A stretch of 35,260 nucleotides of DNA from Syntrophaceae bacterium (GCA_014874425.1 JACWAG010000493.1:1-35260), one strand, 5' to 3'; positions 25,096-34,417 are shown, counted from the first letter of the stretch. Translations and numbers: made by a program. Notes: a model not told the origin generated them from the sequence alone.

Positions 25096-27102
25096 TTAAA
25101 AGTGGGGCAAAACGCGTACTAGCGAAAACGTCAGTCTGTCTTCGCGAGGACTAACTTTTTCTACTTTGGCCACTGCCCGGTCGTACGGATTCAGAGACAC
25201 CCCTGGAGGGGTGTGCAACACTGTGTTGCATCCTAAAGACTCGATCTGTGCCAAATAGAACCTTGGGAAACGCTGGAGAACGATAACTTCGAATTCATCG
25301 CCCCTTCTCTGTTCCATATATTTTAAAAGATAGTACCGGTGTCGCTCCCGTTCAACAAGTGAAGCTCTTTCCAATCTATATGAGATCTCGGAGAGAAGTC
25401 TATCCAGAGTGTCAGCGTCAATTGGTCGTTCGCGCTCATCAATCGCAGTCTGAAGTTGTCGCTGGGTCAGCAGGTCGGTATACCTCCTGAGTGGTGAAGT
25501 CGCTGTGGTGTAGACATTCAACCCAAGTGTAGAATGAGGTTCAGGGTATAGTCCAAGGTTTCCCCGGGCCAGCACTTTTTTGCATCTGTAAGATAACACT
25601 GGATCATAATGAGATCCCAATTCGATCTTTTCCAATGGGGGTGGCTGGCTACGGTAAATGCACGGAATACATTTGTCTTTGAGCGTACTTGCGAACAGGT
25701 TATTGGCTAGTATCATGAATTCCGAAACGAGGACCTGAGAACTTGTTTCGCGTTCCCTAACAGTAACCTCAATTGATTTGTCCTCGTTAACCTTTATGTT
25801 AAGTTCGGGGTCCTTGAAAATTATGGCGCCTGATGACACTCTCTTTTCCCGTAAAGCCCGCGCGACTTGGTACATCCGCTTCTCGACAGAGCCAGCATCC
25901 AAGACGCGTTGGTCGGTTTCTTCGTAAGAAAGCCTATCGGTAACTCTGATGAGCGAACGGACTATACGGTAACCAATTATCCGGAAATTACGATCGAATG
26001 TCGCTACTGCGCTAATGCAGGGACGAAGCTCACCTTTAACGAGACTTGCAGCCTCTTCCGAGAGGACAGTCGGCATCATCGGCAACACAAGGTCAGCCAT
26101 ATAAATTGAGACTGCCCGTTCACGGATCTCTTTATCGAGCGGGCAATCATGATCCACATAGTACGCCGCTTCAGTAATATGGATACCTACGATGGTGTTT
26201 TCCCCACTGAAACTAATCGATAACGCGTCATCTATGTCACGGGTGCTGGCTGAATCAATGGTTATCACATGGCGCTCAAATAGTTCTCTGGGAGAGTCGT
26301 CTAAAGTCTTAGACGCAGCTTGTCGCGCCTGATCTAAGGCCGAGGATGAAAACTCGGTTGGGACCTGTTCAGTCCTCAATCTAATGTTTTCATCTTCAGA
26401 CCATATGCCCAATTTAATTAGGACTTTAAGAGGGTCCCATACAGGATTAAGCGCCGCGCGCGAAAATATTTCCTTGACCTTCTTGTGGGTGGACCAGTCC
26501 GTTCCTAGTAAGGCGGCCTCTTCCAGTAAGGTTTCCAATCCAGCGGGAGCTTCGGCCCTGTCGATATTTTCCCCATTTTTCAGTTTTGATAGATATTCAG
26601 AACATCTCGACAAAAATTCAACACGTTCAATCTCTTTACGCCGACGGTTTTTTTCCTGTTCCACTTTTTCCGGGGTCGCGACTTCAATTGATTCAAGCCG
26701 GATTTTAAAGTACAAGCGACTTTCAATAATGGCTCTAATTAAAGCCGCCCTGGACTCCAGGCTGTCATCTGAGCAAAACACCAGTTGGCTAAGATCCTGA
26801 ACACTGATCTGGTTTGTCTCAGGACCAACAATCTCCCATAATTCTTTCAGATCTATTGTCTTTTTGGTTTCGTCACGTTTGACACATAATTCTTTAAGAC
26901 GGTGTGTCTGTTCATCTCTTGACGCGTGCACCGGGAAATCTGGAACCTTACCACCAATAAGAGCGCGGTTAACAGATATGTTGGACTCCTTGCCCTGATC
27001 ATTGAGCACACGTAGACGGCGATCATCGACATCTAGAACTATGGCGCAAGATATACGGGAATCGTCGTAGTAGTCGATTATGTCATTTTTTTGAAAGGTC
27101 AT
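25096..27102 (-). CDS. rnr: RNB-domain 3'-5' exoribonuclease (RNase II/R family)
   Basis: RNB motifs TRDIDDALS, SPLRRYTDLL and QRQL, plus a C-terminal S1-like segment. ATG 27102 has GAGG 5-8 nt upstream; the track start 27156 is rejected. The R versus II subtype is not resolved. Confidence 0.85.
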   Translation of the reverse strand: MTFQKNDIIDYYDDSRISCAIVLDVDDRRLRVLNDQGKESNISVNRALIGGKVPDFPVHASRDEQTHRLKELCVKRDETKKTIDLKELWEIVGPETNQISVQDLSQLVFCSDDSLESRAALIRAIIESRLYFKIRLESIEVATPEKVEQEKNRRRKEIERVEFLSRCSEYLSKLKNGENIDRAEAPAGLETLLEEAALLGTDWSTHKKVKEIFSRAALNPVWDPLKVLIKLGIWSEDENIRLRTEQVPTEFSSSALDQARQAASKTLDDSPRELFERHVITIDSASTRDIDDALSISFSGENTIVGIHITEAAYYVDHDCPLDKEIRERAVSIYMADLVLPMMPTVLSEEAASLVKGELRPCISAVATFDRNFRIIGYRIVRSLIRVTDRLSYEETDQRVLDAGSVEKRMYQVARALREKRVSSGAIIFKDPELNIKVNEDKSIEVTVRERETSSQVLVSEFMILANNLFASTLKDKCIPCIYRSQPPPLEKIELGSHYDPVLSYRCKKVLARGNLGLYPEPHSTLGLNVYTTATSPLRRYTDLLTQRQLQTAIDERERPIDADTLDRLLSEISYRLERASLVERERHRYYLLKYMEQRRGDEFEVIVLQRFPRFYLAQIESLGCNTVLHTPPGVSLNPYDRAVAKVEKVSPREDRLTFSLVRVLPHF

Positions 27103-27193
27103 CCAAGCCTCTGAACCCTCAGATATAAGCCAAAAAGCTCCCAAATGATAGAACAAAAAAATAGTCTATAGTGTGTCTACCCCTCGGGAGCGC

Positions 27194-27252
27194 TTCGAAT
27201 TATTGATGCAATATTGGCCAATTATGTGTTAAATGAGAGCTAATAATTCGAA
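27194..27252. repeat. perfect 11-bp inverted repeat TTCGAATTATT ... AATAATTCGAA with 37-nt spacer
   Basis: Arms at 27194-27204 and 27242-27252 in the divergent rnr/gmhA intergenic region. Function unknown (operator pair or leader hairpin). Confidence 0.5.
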
Positions 27253-27293
27253 CGACCCTGGTATTAGTCGACAAAAGAAAGGCGTCCAAGGCA

Positions 27294-27863
27294 TTGAAGA
27301 CCCATATTCAGGCTATTTTTCAGGAAAGCGCGCGTGTAAGAGACGCGTTTCTGGCTGAAGGTGTTGAAACCTTGATAGAAGTTGTAAATCAACTGGTTGA
27401 AGTAATAAAAAAAGGCGACAAAGTCTTGTTGTTCGGTAACGGTGGGTCCGCGGCGGACGCTCAACATATCGCGGCGGAATTCGTAAACCGCTATCGGATT
27501 GAACGGAGGCCCTTATCCGCTTTGGCTTTGACGACAGACACGTCTATACTGACCGCTATCGGGAACGACTACGATTTTGACGACATATTCTCAAAACAAT
27601 TGCAAGCCCTGGGCCGGAAAGGCGACGCTGCAATTGGTATAAGCACTTCAGGAAAATCAATCAATGTAAATAAGGGGCTTCAAATCGCGCGTGAGATAGG
27701 CATTTTAACCATAGGCCTTGGAGGCGCTCCTGATAGTCCAATGAAAGATTGTTGTGACTATTACCTGGCCGTATATGATTCGACAACACCCCGAGTCCAG
27801 GAAACACACTCGATCATAGGCCACACGATTATCGAAATGCTTGATATGAGGCTTTTCGGCTAG
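27294..27863 (+). CDS. gmhA: D-sedoheptulose-7-phosphate isomerase (SIS domain)
   Basis: GNGGSAADAQHIAAEFVNRY, LTTDTSILTAIGNDYDFDDIF, GISTSGKS and RVQETH match GmhA signatures. TTG start. Confidence 0.85.
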   Translation: MKTHIQAIFQESARVRDAFLAEGVETLIEVVNQLVEVIKKGDKVLLFGNGGSAADAQHIAAEFVNRYRIERRPLSALALTTDTSILTAIGNDYDFDDIFSKQLQALGRKGDAAIGISTSGKSINVNKGLQIAREIGILTIGLGGAPDSPMKDCCDYYLAVYDSTTPRVQETHSIIGHTIIEMLDMRLFG

Positions 27864-27913
27864 GTATAAAAGACGATACGGCAATAATAATGTTTTATAC
27901 AGGATGTTAGAAA

Positions 27914-30412
27914 ATGAGTGACCTAAAAGAAAAACTCCGCTTGAGTCCACAGGATTTAACATGGATCGCGCCTCCCGAAGGTTTAATTTCGGGGACAACA
28001 GCTTCAATTGAAGCGGCTGAGGACATCGTCGGGCAGGATAGGGCCGTAAAGGCCATCAAGCGTGGCCTTGCAATGAAAAGCCACGGTTACAACATTTTTG
28101 TTTCCGGCACCAACGGAACAGGTCGAACTGCGACAGTTAAAAAACTCCTTGAAGAATTTAATGTCGGCGGTTCTGTTCCGGATGATCTGTGTTACGTGAA
28201 CAACTTCAAGGATCCCGATCAACCGAGACTCATTGCATTACCCGCTGGACAAGGATCCGTATTTCGCGATCAGGTCAATGACCTCATTAATTCCCTGAAG
28301 AAGAAAATTCCTGCGATTTTTGAGAGTGAAGAATTTCAAACAGCGCGCAATGAAATTGTTAACCGACACATGGGAGCGCAAAAGGCTTTATTCAAGAATT
28401 TTGAGAATAAAGTAACTTCCCAAAATTTCATGATGGTACAGGTTCAGGTCGGCCCGTTCACCCGTCCGGATCTTGCGCCTGTAATTGTTGGCAACCCGAT
28501 GAAAATCGAACAACTCGAAGCGCTGGTGGATGAAGGAAAATTTTCGGCGGACGAACTGGCTAAGATCAAAGCGATGTACAAAGAATTGTCCCAGGAGATG
28601 GAAAAAATATTTAAAGAAGCGCGGGACATAGACAAGACAATTCAGGAGGATTTGGAAAAACTCGGTAAAGAATGGATTGAACCGTTGTTGAGGGATTCAT
28701 TTTCCCAAGTTCGTGAAAGTTTCGCCACAGAAGCTGCTAAAACCTATTTTGATGAAGTAGAATCCGACATAGTGGCCCACCTGGAACGATTTCGTCCAAG
28801 GCTCGTGCCTCCGCCTTCAGGGACGGAAGGCGCTGGGCCGCCAATGCTGATGCCTCCAGACCCATCGCAATTCAAATATTACGAAGTGAATTTGCTCATT
28901 GATAACTCTGAGACCACAAAGCCGCCGGTAGTAATCGAGACAACACCGATCTACCGAAACCTTTTTGGGACAATAGAGCGCATCGTAGATCAGGGTGGGG
29001 TTTGGTATTCTGATTACCGCCACATCAAATCCGGTAGTCTGCTTAAGGCGAATGGTGGTTTCCTGGTGCTTAATTCAAGAGATCTGGTCATGGAGCCCGG
29101 TAGCTGGCCGACGCTAAAAAGGAATCTTCGAAACCACGTCACGGAAATCCAGGCCGAACCTTTTGGTTGGCTATTTAATAGCGCCCTTAAACCAGAAAAG
29201 GTCCCAATTAAACTTAAAGTCATAATGATTGGTGATGCGGAGGTTTATGATCTATTGCACTGGTACGATGAAGATTTTCGTAAGATTTTCAAGGTGAAGG
29301 CTGATTTTGACACAAGCATGAGCAACACGAATGAAAATCGAAATAAGATTATTGGTTTCATAGCACGGATCAGCGCAGAGGAAAACCTGCTCCCCAGTGA
29401 TCCTGGCGGAGTGGAAGCGCTTGCTCGTCTTGCTATTCGATGGGCCGGCCACAAGAAAAAAATCACTGCGCAGCTTGAACGTATTGGGGATGTGCTAAGA
29501 GAAGCGGACCTTGTTGCTCGTGAGGACGGTTCGGACATAATTCAAGCGCGTCATGTGGAGACTGCAAACGCGGATCGGATCGAACGCGTGAATATGTATG
29601 AAGATAAAATACAAGAATATATCGAAGACGGCGTCATAATGATCGATACTGACGGGGCAAAGGTGGGGCAAATAAACGGTTTGAGCGTTTATTCACTGCC
29701 TGAAATCTCTTTTGGCAAACCGTCGCGCATTACAGTTAAGACCAGCATGGGCAAGTCTGGTATTATAAGTATTGAAAAGGAGGCCGAGCTTTCAGGTTCA
29801 AGCTATGACAAAGGCGTATTGATTTTCACAGGCTTTCTTCGTGATCGGTTTGCCCAGGACAAGCCTCTCAACCTGACAGCGAGCATAACATTTGAGCAGT
29901 CATATTCGGGTGTGGATGGAGACTCGGCATCCTCCACCGAACTATATGCTTTAATGAGTTCCCTGTCCGGCATCCCGATTGATCAGGGTATAGCTGTAAC
30001 AGGTAGTGTAAACCAGAACGGAGAAGTTCAGGCTATAGGTGGCGTAAACCAAAAGATTGAGGGTTTTTTCAGGGTTTGTAAAGCGATGGGGTTGACTGGC
30101 CGTCAGGGAGTCATGATCCCCAAAACCAATGTTGGGGATCTTGCATTGAATTCAGAAGTTGTTGAAGCTGTCAAAGAGAACAAGTTCCATATTTGGCAGG
30201 TTGACCATGTCGATCTCGGCATAGAGGTGCTTACTGGTATATCCGCTGGCGCCAGGGATGAAGACGGCGCCTACCCGGAAGGAACAATCAATTTCCTTGT
30301 CAATCAGAAACTGGAAGACCTGGCTAGGGGCATAAAGGAATTTGAAGACAGCGAAGAACCGGAACCGGAAGAAGAGAAACCGGAAAAAGATCACAGTTCG
30401 GTTGAACAATGA
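27914..30412 (+). CDS. Lon-like protease with degenerate AAA module (LonC-like, COG1067 type)
   Basis: C-terminal Lon S16 domain with GDSASS (Ser) and NQKIEGFF (Lys). Walker A reads GTNGTGRT (Arg in place of Lys, aa 65-72). The Walker B position reads GGFLVLNSRD (no DE, aa ~381-390). A ~310 aa coiled-coil-rich insertion separates them. Acidic C-terminal tail. Confidence 0.85.
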   Translation: MSDLKEKLRLSPQDLTWIAPPEGLISGTTASIEAAEDIVGQDRAVKAIKRGLAMKSHGYNIFVSGTNGTGRTATVKKLLEEFNVGGSVPDDLCYVNNFKDPDQPRLIALPAGQGSVFRDQVNDLINSLKKKIPAIFESEEFQTARNEIVNRHMGAQKALFKNFENKVTSQNFMMVQVQVGPFTRPDLAPVIVGNPMKIEQLEALVDEGKFSADELAKIKAMYKELSQEMEKIFKEARDIDKTIQEDLEKLGKEWIEPLLRDSFSQVRESFATEAAKTYFDEVESDIVAHLERFRPRLVPPPSGTEGAGPPMLMPPDPSQFKYYEVNLLIDNSETTKPPVVIETTPIYRNLFGTIERIVDQGGVWYSDYRHIKSGSLLKANGGFLVLNSRDLVMEPGSWPTLKRNLRNHVTEIQAEPFGWLFNSALKPEKVPIKLKVIMIGDAEVYDLLHWYDEDFRKIFKVKADFDTSMSNTNENRNKIIGFIARISAEENLLPSDPGGVEALARLAIRWAGHKKKITAQLERIGDVLREADLVAREDGSDIIQARHVETANADRIERVNMYEDKIQEYIEDGVIMIDTDGAKVGQINGLSVYSLPEISFGKPSRITVKTSMGKSGIISIEKEAELSGSSYDKGVLIFTGFLRDRFAQDKPLNLTASITFEQSYSGVDGDSASSTELYALMSSLSGIPIDQGIAVTGSVNQNGEVQAIGGVNQKIEGFFRVCKAMGLTGRQGVMIPKTNVGDLALNSEVVEAVKENKFHIWQVDHVDLGIEVLTGISAGARDEDGAYPEGTINFLVNQKLEDLARGIKEFEDSEEPEPEEEKPEKDHSSVEQ

Positions 30413-30478
30413 ACCAAATGTCGCCATCCGGGGCCATACATAACATTTTTTATTAGTAATATCCTGCGATTGCAAAAG

Positions 30479-30520
30479 GCAGGCGGTTTATATCCAAAGC
30501 GCGCGATGTGCGCCGCCTGC
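30479..30520 (+). terminator. possible terminator hairpin after the Lon-like gene
   Basis: GCAGGCGG (30479-30486) / CCGCCTGC (30513-30520) perfect 8-bp stem, but with a long 26-nt loop and only a weak TCCTCTTT tail. Confidence 0.3.
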
Positions 30521-30609
30521 TCCTCTTTCAAAATTAACCCCCGAATTGAAACCTTTTTCGATTATAGGCATCAAATAAGTTGTGGCCAATTAATTACGGG
30601 GAGGTCAAT

Positions 30610-31455
30610 ATGAATTATTGGGCTGAATCTGATGAATTAAAAATATACTTGCAAGAGATAGAGCGTTATCCTCTTCTTAACCGAGAACAGGAGATCGAAT
30701 TGGCTAATAGATTTAGGGATAGCCAAGACGCTCAGGCGGTCAATGATCTGATAACATCTAACCTGCGCTTCGTTATAAAAGTGGCGTTAGGTTACCGCAA
30801 CTATGGAATCAAGATAATGGACCTGGTTCAGGAGGGTAACATCGGACTGATCAAAGCAGTTGAAAAGTTCGACCCCGATAAGGGTTACCGTCTGATATCC
30901 TATGCGGTGTGGTGGATTAAGGCTTACATTCAAAACCACATAATCAGATCATGGTCCATGGTAAAAATGGGCACGACCCAGGCTCAGAGAAAATTGTTCT
31001 ACCGAGTCGGCGACCTTCCCGAGGCCACTGATTTTGACATTCATCGTGATAACGTGTCCAAACTGGCCGGCCGAATCAATGTGACAGAGGATGAAGTAGT
31101 AGATATGGCGGCCAGGTTAAAAGCTAGAGACCTTTCGCTGGATGAACTCTTGGGTGATAGTTCAAGAGATTCTTTTGCAGACACTCTTAGAGATGACACT
31201 GCGGATCAGGAACGCGATCTGGCAAAGAAGCAGGAGCTTGAAAACTTGAAACGATGGGTAGATAAAGCTGTAGAAAAACTCAACCCACGTGAAAAATATA
31301 TAGTTGAAAAAAGAATACTCTCCGATGAACCCGAGACCTTGAAAGAACTGGGGAAACACTTTGGAGTGACCAGGGAGCGGGCGAGGCAGATCGAGCGGGC
31401 AGCGCTACAGAAATTGAGAGGAAACTATCAGTCGTCGGAATTGGTAGCTGCTTGA
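30610..31455 (+). CDS. rpoH: RNA polymerase sigma-32 (heat-shock sigma factor)
   Basis: Sigma-70 regions 2-4 (LVQEGNIGLIKAVEKFDP, YAVWWIKAYI) and RpoH-box-like QAQRKLFYRV. GGGGAGG RBS 5 nt upstream of ATG 30610. Confidence 0.85.
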   Translation: MNYWAESDELKIYLQEIERYPLLNREQEIELANRFRDSQDAQAVNDLITSNLRFVIKVALGYRNYGIKIMDLVQEGNIGLIKAVEKFDPDKGYRLISYAVWWIKAYIQNHIIRSWSMVKMGTTQAQRKLFYRVGDLPEATDFDIHRDNVSKLAGRINVTEDEVVDMAARLKARDLSLDELLGDSSRDSFADTLRDDTADQERDLAKKQELENLKRWVDKAVEKLNPREKYIVEKRILSDEPETLKELGKHFGVTRERARQIERAALQKLRGNYQSSELVAA

Positions 31456-31487
31456 TTGGCAAATCTAAAGGGACAATGTAATGAAAA

Positions 31488-31517
31488 GGGTCGACGAATG
31501 TCTGTCGATCCTTTTTT
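31488..31517 (+). terminator. rho-independent terminator of rpoH
   Basis: GGGTCGAC (31488-31495) / GTCGATCC (31504-31511), 8 bp including one G-U pair, 8-nt loop, then TTTTTT (31512-31517). Confidence 0.75.
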
Positions 31518-32523
31518 AATTTGATGTCACAGTTCTAAAACTAATCCAGCATAGCACGGATTCGATGGTGGAAGATCCGGATATCCCTAATCCCTGTATG
31601 ATGGCTGTTGGATAGGCTCGTACTTGTTTATTTTGGGGCTGAAAGGGCTTTCCTTGCCGTCTTTGGTCACAAAGTGAGCGTCCATTAAAGAGGAGCACCC
31701 ATTTAGGAAAACTGTCAAAGCTACAATTAGTATAATCAAGTAATTCATCGATAACCTGAGTATGCGTCTTGATTGAAATTAATGTCGCAATTATATCATC
31801 AGGAATCTGAATTGGCAATTTTGCCGCCAAATCCAAGCTTATACAAGCTTTCGATAGATTCTTCGTAAAGTTGACTAATTGGGTTAAGTTTTAAAAAGGT
31901 CTTTGGCTAACGGGCGACGTATCCCCCCCTTTTACAGGATCGTTCATCTAAAGGTGATCCTAAAGGTTGTCACCCGTTTTGCCAAAGAAGTTACGAAATC
32001 TTATGAGAAACGATTTCGTTAACTGTGAAAGAGTGAGTCGGCTTGACCGTCACTGTGGCAGAAAGCAAGGTACAAACATACCTTAAGCCAAATCCTACCG
32101 CTAATCCCCCCATTCAAATAAACTGATTTCGAAGCTAAGATTTCGTGTGAGGCCGTAATCACATAAGGAAGGTTTCCGTGAATCTCTCTCGCAGGACATC
32201 AAACCGAGCTACCGTTATTGGCTTGAACTCTAGTCTGGATAAAGACATGGTTTCTTTTTGTTTCACGGATTTTTTCCTTCCTTTAACTGAACTGAAATGA
32301 GACGTATTTGATAATCCTATGGGACTATCTGCACAGAAAATGCCTTTATCTGACTAAACCCCCCGAGATCAGTCTTGTTCTCGGTTTCAAGAGTAAATAT
32401 AATAGGCAAAAAACGATTGCAAGCTTTTTTTGCTTAAAAACCCACTTTTTTTTAATAAGGGCTTATTTGCTGTAGATGTGCTGAAAGCATCAAACATATA
32501 AAGCGGTTATCGATGCAGAGATC

Positions 32524-33315
32524 CTATTTGAAGAAAAATCGTAAACGACGTTTAGTTTTTTGAGGTTTTCGCGGAGATAAGTTCCAGTCTGCGATTTCTC
32601 CATTTACCACGGCTCGGGGCCATTCCCATGTCATTTTGTCGGCCCTGTCTTTTCCCACGATAGATGCGACTAATTGGAGCGCGTTTGACATCAGGGGAGG
32701 CCGTTCAGTAGGCGAATGCGCGTCGGTTGCCAATATGTGCGCCAAATCATGTTCCAGTAAATATTTCGCCGTAGTCAGCGCAGAAAGTCCCGCGTCACCG
32801 GTTATGCTGTCCGCTGTAATTTGAACCAAGAACTCTCCAGGTTTAAATAGAGTAAGCAGCTCATAAATAATTTCCGGGCGGCGCTGAATTTCGATGTTTT
32901 TCTCAGGGTGGGCAAGTACTATTCTTTTTCCCGAATTAAGTAGCATGCGGACAAAGTTTTCAAAACCAGCAGGCGCCTGCATGGCAGGTAGTTCAAGAAG
33001 GACGTAACGTCCTTCATTGATTGTCAGAATTGTTCCTTTTGAGAGGCATCCAAGAAGGTCGGCTGTTAGTCGAGCTTCCATTCCGGGGAAAATCGTCAGA
33101 CTTATATTTTGAGCGACCAATTCCTGGTTAAGTTCGCGCACGACTTCTCTGACACGATTGATATCACTGAAGAACTGTCCACTACCGTAATGAGGTGTAG
33201 CGACAATGCCAGAAAACCCCTGTTCAACCGCTATACGAGCCATTTCCAGGGCTTCATTCAAATCTCTCGCGCCATCATCGATCCCAGGGAGTATATGATT
33301 GTGCAAATCGATCAT
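32524..33315 (-). CDS. PHP-family protein-tyrosine phosphatase (CpsB/YwqE type)
   Basis: MIDLHNHILPGIDDGA N-terminus is the family signature; later ATPH, LAHPE and ATDAHS metal-ligand motifs. ATG 33315 preferred; the 35-aa N-terminal extension in the track ORF is rejected. Confidence 0.8.
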   Translation of the reverse strand: MIDLHNHILPGIDDGARDLNEALEMARIAVEQGFSGIVATPHYGSGQFFSDINRVREVVRELNQELVAQNISLTIFPGMEARLTADLLGCLSKGTILTINEGRYVLLELPAMQAPAGFENFVRMLLNSGKRIVLAHPEKNIEIQRRPEIIYELLTLFKPGEFLVQITADSITGDAGLSALTTAKYLLEHDLAHILATDAHSPTERPPLMSNALQLVASIVGKDRADKMTWEWPRAVVNGEIADWNLSPRKPQKTKRRLRFFFK

Positions 33316-33433
33316 TTTAGCGTTACTATGTTTGCAACAATTTTCTATCCTACCCAATCTAACCCCCATAACAGACAAATTCAAGAAGGAGAAAAATATT
33401 ACGATCAATCTCTCCAACATTCGTTGTCATTAA

Positions 33434-33800
33434 AAGGCGCTCTCCAGAAGGCTCACAAAGACTGATTCTTCTATATTCGACGCAGACACCGTAAAGCGAC
33501 TTCAAAGCTTTGCAAAGGTCAGGCCTGAAGACAGAATTGGAGAACAACCTGTTCGATTTATCCAAGATAGTGAGACAGGCTGCTGACATAAGTCGCCATG
33601 GCGGAACACCAACCTTGAAAAGAAGGGCCTTAAGATAAAAATGGGACTCAATCTCGAGGATGGCTGCCTGGTATTGGGAAAGGAAAGCGAACTGTTCGAG
33701 GTGTTGATAAATTTGATCAAGAACGCTGCCAGGCCATGCCGGATATTGGCAACATGTCGAAGTCCAGAGAGATGTTTTTTGAGAATCGTTTATGACATGA
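33434..33800 (+). pseudogene. possible relic of a sensor histidine kinase (ATPase N-box region), disrupted
   Basis: One frame reads ...VKRLQSFAKVRPEDRIGEQPVRFIQDSETGC-[TGA 33584]-HKSPWRNTNLEKKGLKIKMGLNLEDGCLVLGKESELFEVLINLIKNAA, resembling the segment leading into the HATPase_c N-box (D..l.qvl.NLi.NA). The expected continuation QAMPDIGN appears in a different (-1 nt) frame, and no H-box or G-boxes are seen. Weak, motif-only evidence. Confidence 0.3.
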
Positions 33801-33997
33801 ATTGAGACTTATAAAAATCATGGCTCATGATGTAATTGGAACAAGCCCTGCGTCTACTAGTCAATCCGTTAATAAATATGATAAAGAATTGATTAACATG
33901 GCGCTGAGAAAAGAGGGAGCGCCGATATTAATAATTCCCCGGGTAAATGAAAGTTTCACGGTGGCGTCAAATGTCATGAAATAGGGGAGAATTTATT

Positions 33998-34417
33998 TTG
34001 AATACAGCCCTATGGCCATTAGCAATTTATTTTTTTGCCGCAATCGCGCTTGTAATAATAATGATAGGACTTTCGTATCTTCTTGGGGAAAGCCATAAAG
34101 AGAGGACTACGGGCGATCCCTATGAGTCCGGGATGGTTGTGACCGGCTCAGCGCATGTTCGTTTTAACGCTCCATTCTATCTGATAGCCGTTTTCTTTGT
34201 GATTTTCGATCTCGAAACTCTTTTCATAATTTCATGGGCGGTTGCTGTTCGTGACTTGGGCTGGACCGGCTACATCGAAATATTTGTGTTTATTGCGGTT
34301 CTTTTTATTTCACTGATATACCTATGGCGTATCGGCGCTTTGGAGTTGCGTGGAAGGGACACAACCATCCTACGTAAAGCATCCGGCTTGTTGGGAAACA
34401 CTGAAACATGGAACTAA
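33998..34417 (+). CDS. nuoA: NADH-quinone oxidoreductase subunit A
   Basis: Three TM helices; GDPYESG and FVIFDLETLF motifs. TTG start with GGGGAGA 7 nt upstream. Confidence 0.9.
   Translation: MNTALWPLAIYFFAAIALVIIMIGLSYLLGESHKERTTGDPYESGMVVTGSAHVRFNAPFYLIAVFFVIFDLETLFIISWAVAVRDLGWTGYIEIFVFIAVLFISLIYLWRIGALELRGRDTTILRKASGLLGNTETWN

Noticed and set aside
27914-30412. Lon-like protease as a BREX BrxL-type phage-defence component
   Set aside because: No BREX partners (methyltransferase PglX, BrxA/B/C, PglZ) or any other defence genes are nearby. The neighbours are housekeeping genes (gmhA, rpoH), and the architecture fits LonC/YcbZ-type proteases better.
31516-31836. 106-aa minus-strand ORF downstream of rpoH
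   Set aside because: TTG start without an RBS. Its 3' end overlaps the rpoH terminator stem, it has no family motif, and alternative frames here look equally or more protein-like. Folded into the coding-poor-region finding instead of being called a gene.
33584-33586. In-frame TGA in the kinase-like frame as a possible selenocysteine codon
   Set aside because: No SECIS-like hairpin is evident immediately downstream, the context is not a redox motif, and a further frameshift and stops follow. Decay is the simpler explanation.
33359-33720. Two minus-strand ORFs (76 and 72 aa) plus a ~150-codon open frame lacking a start, upstream of the phosphatase gene
   Set aside because: No canonical start for the long frame, no RBS and no motifs. 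It lies antisense to the histidine-kinase-like relic, and long antisense open frames opposite (ex-)coding sequence are common.
33802-33984. 60-aa plus-strand ORF just upstream of nuoA
   Set aside because: No RBS and no convincing motif. I tried to read HATPase G-box remnants into it, but the match is too weak to claim.
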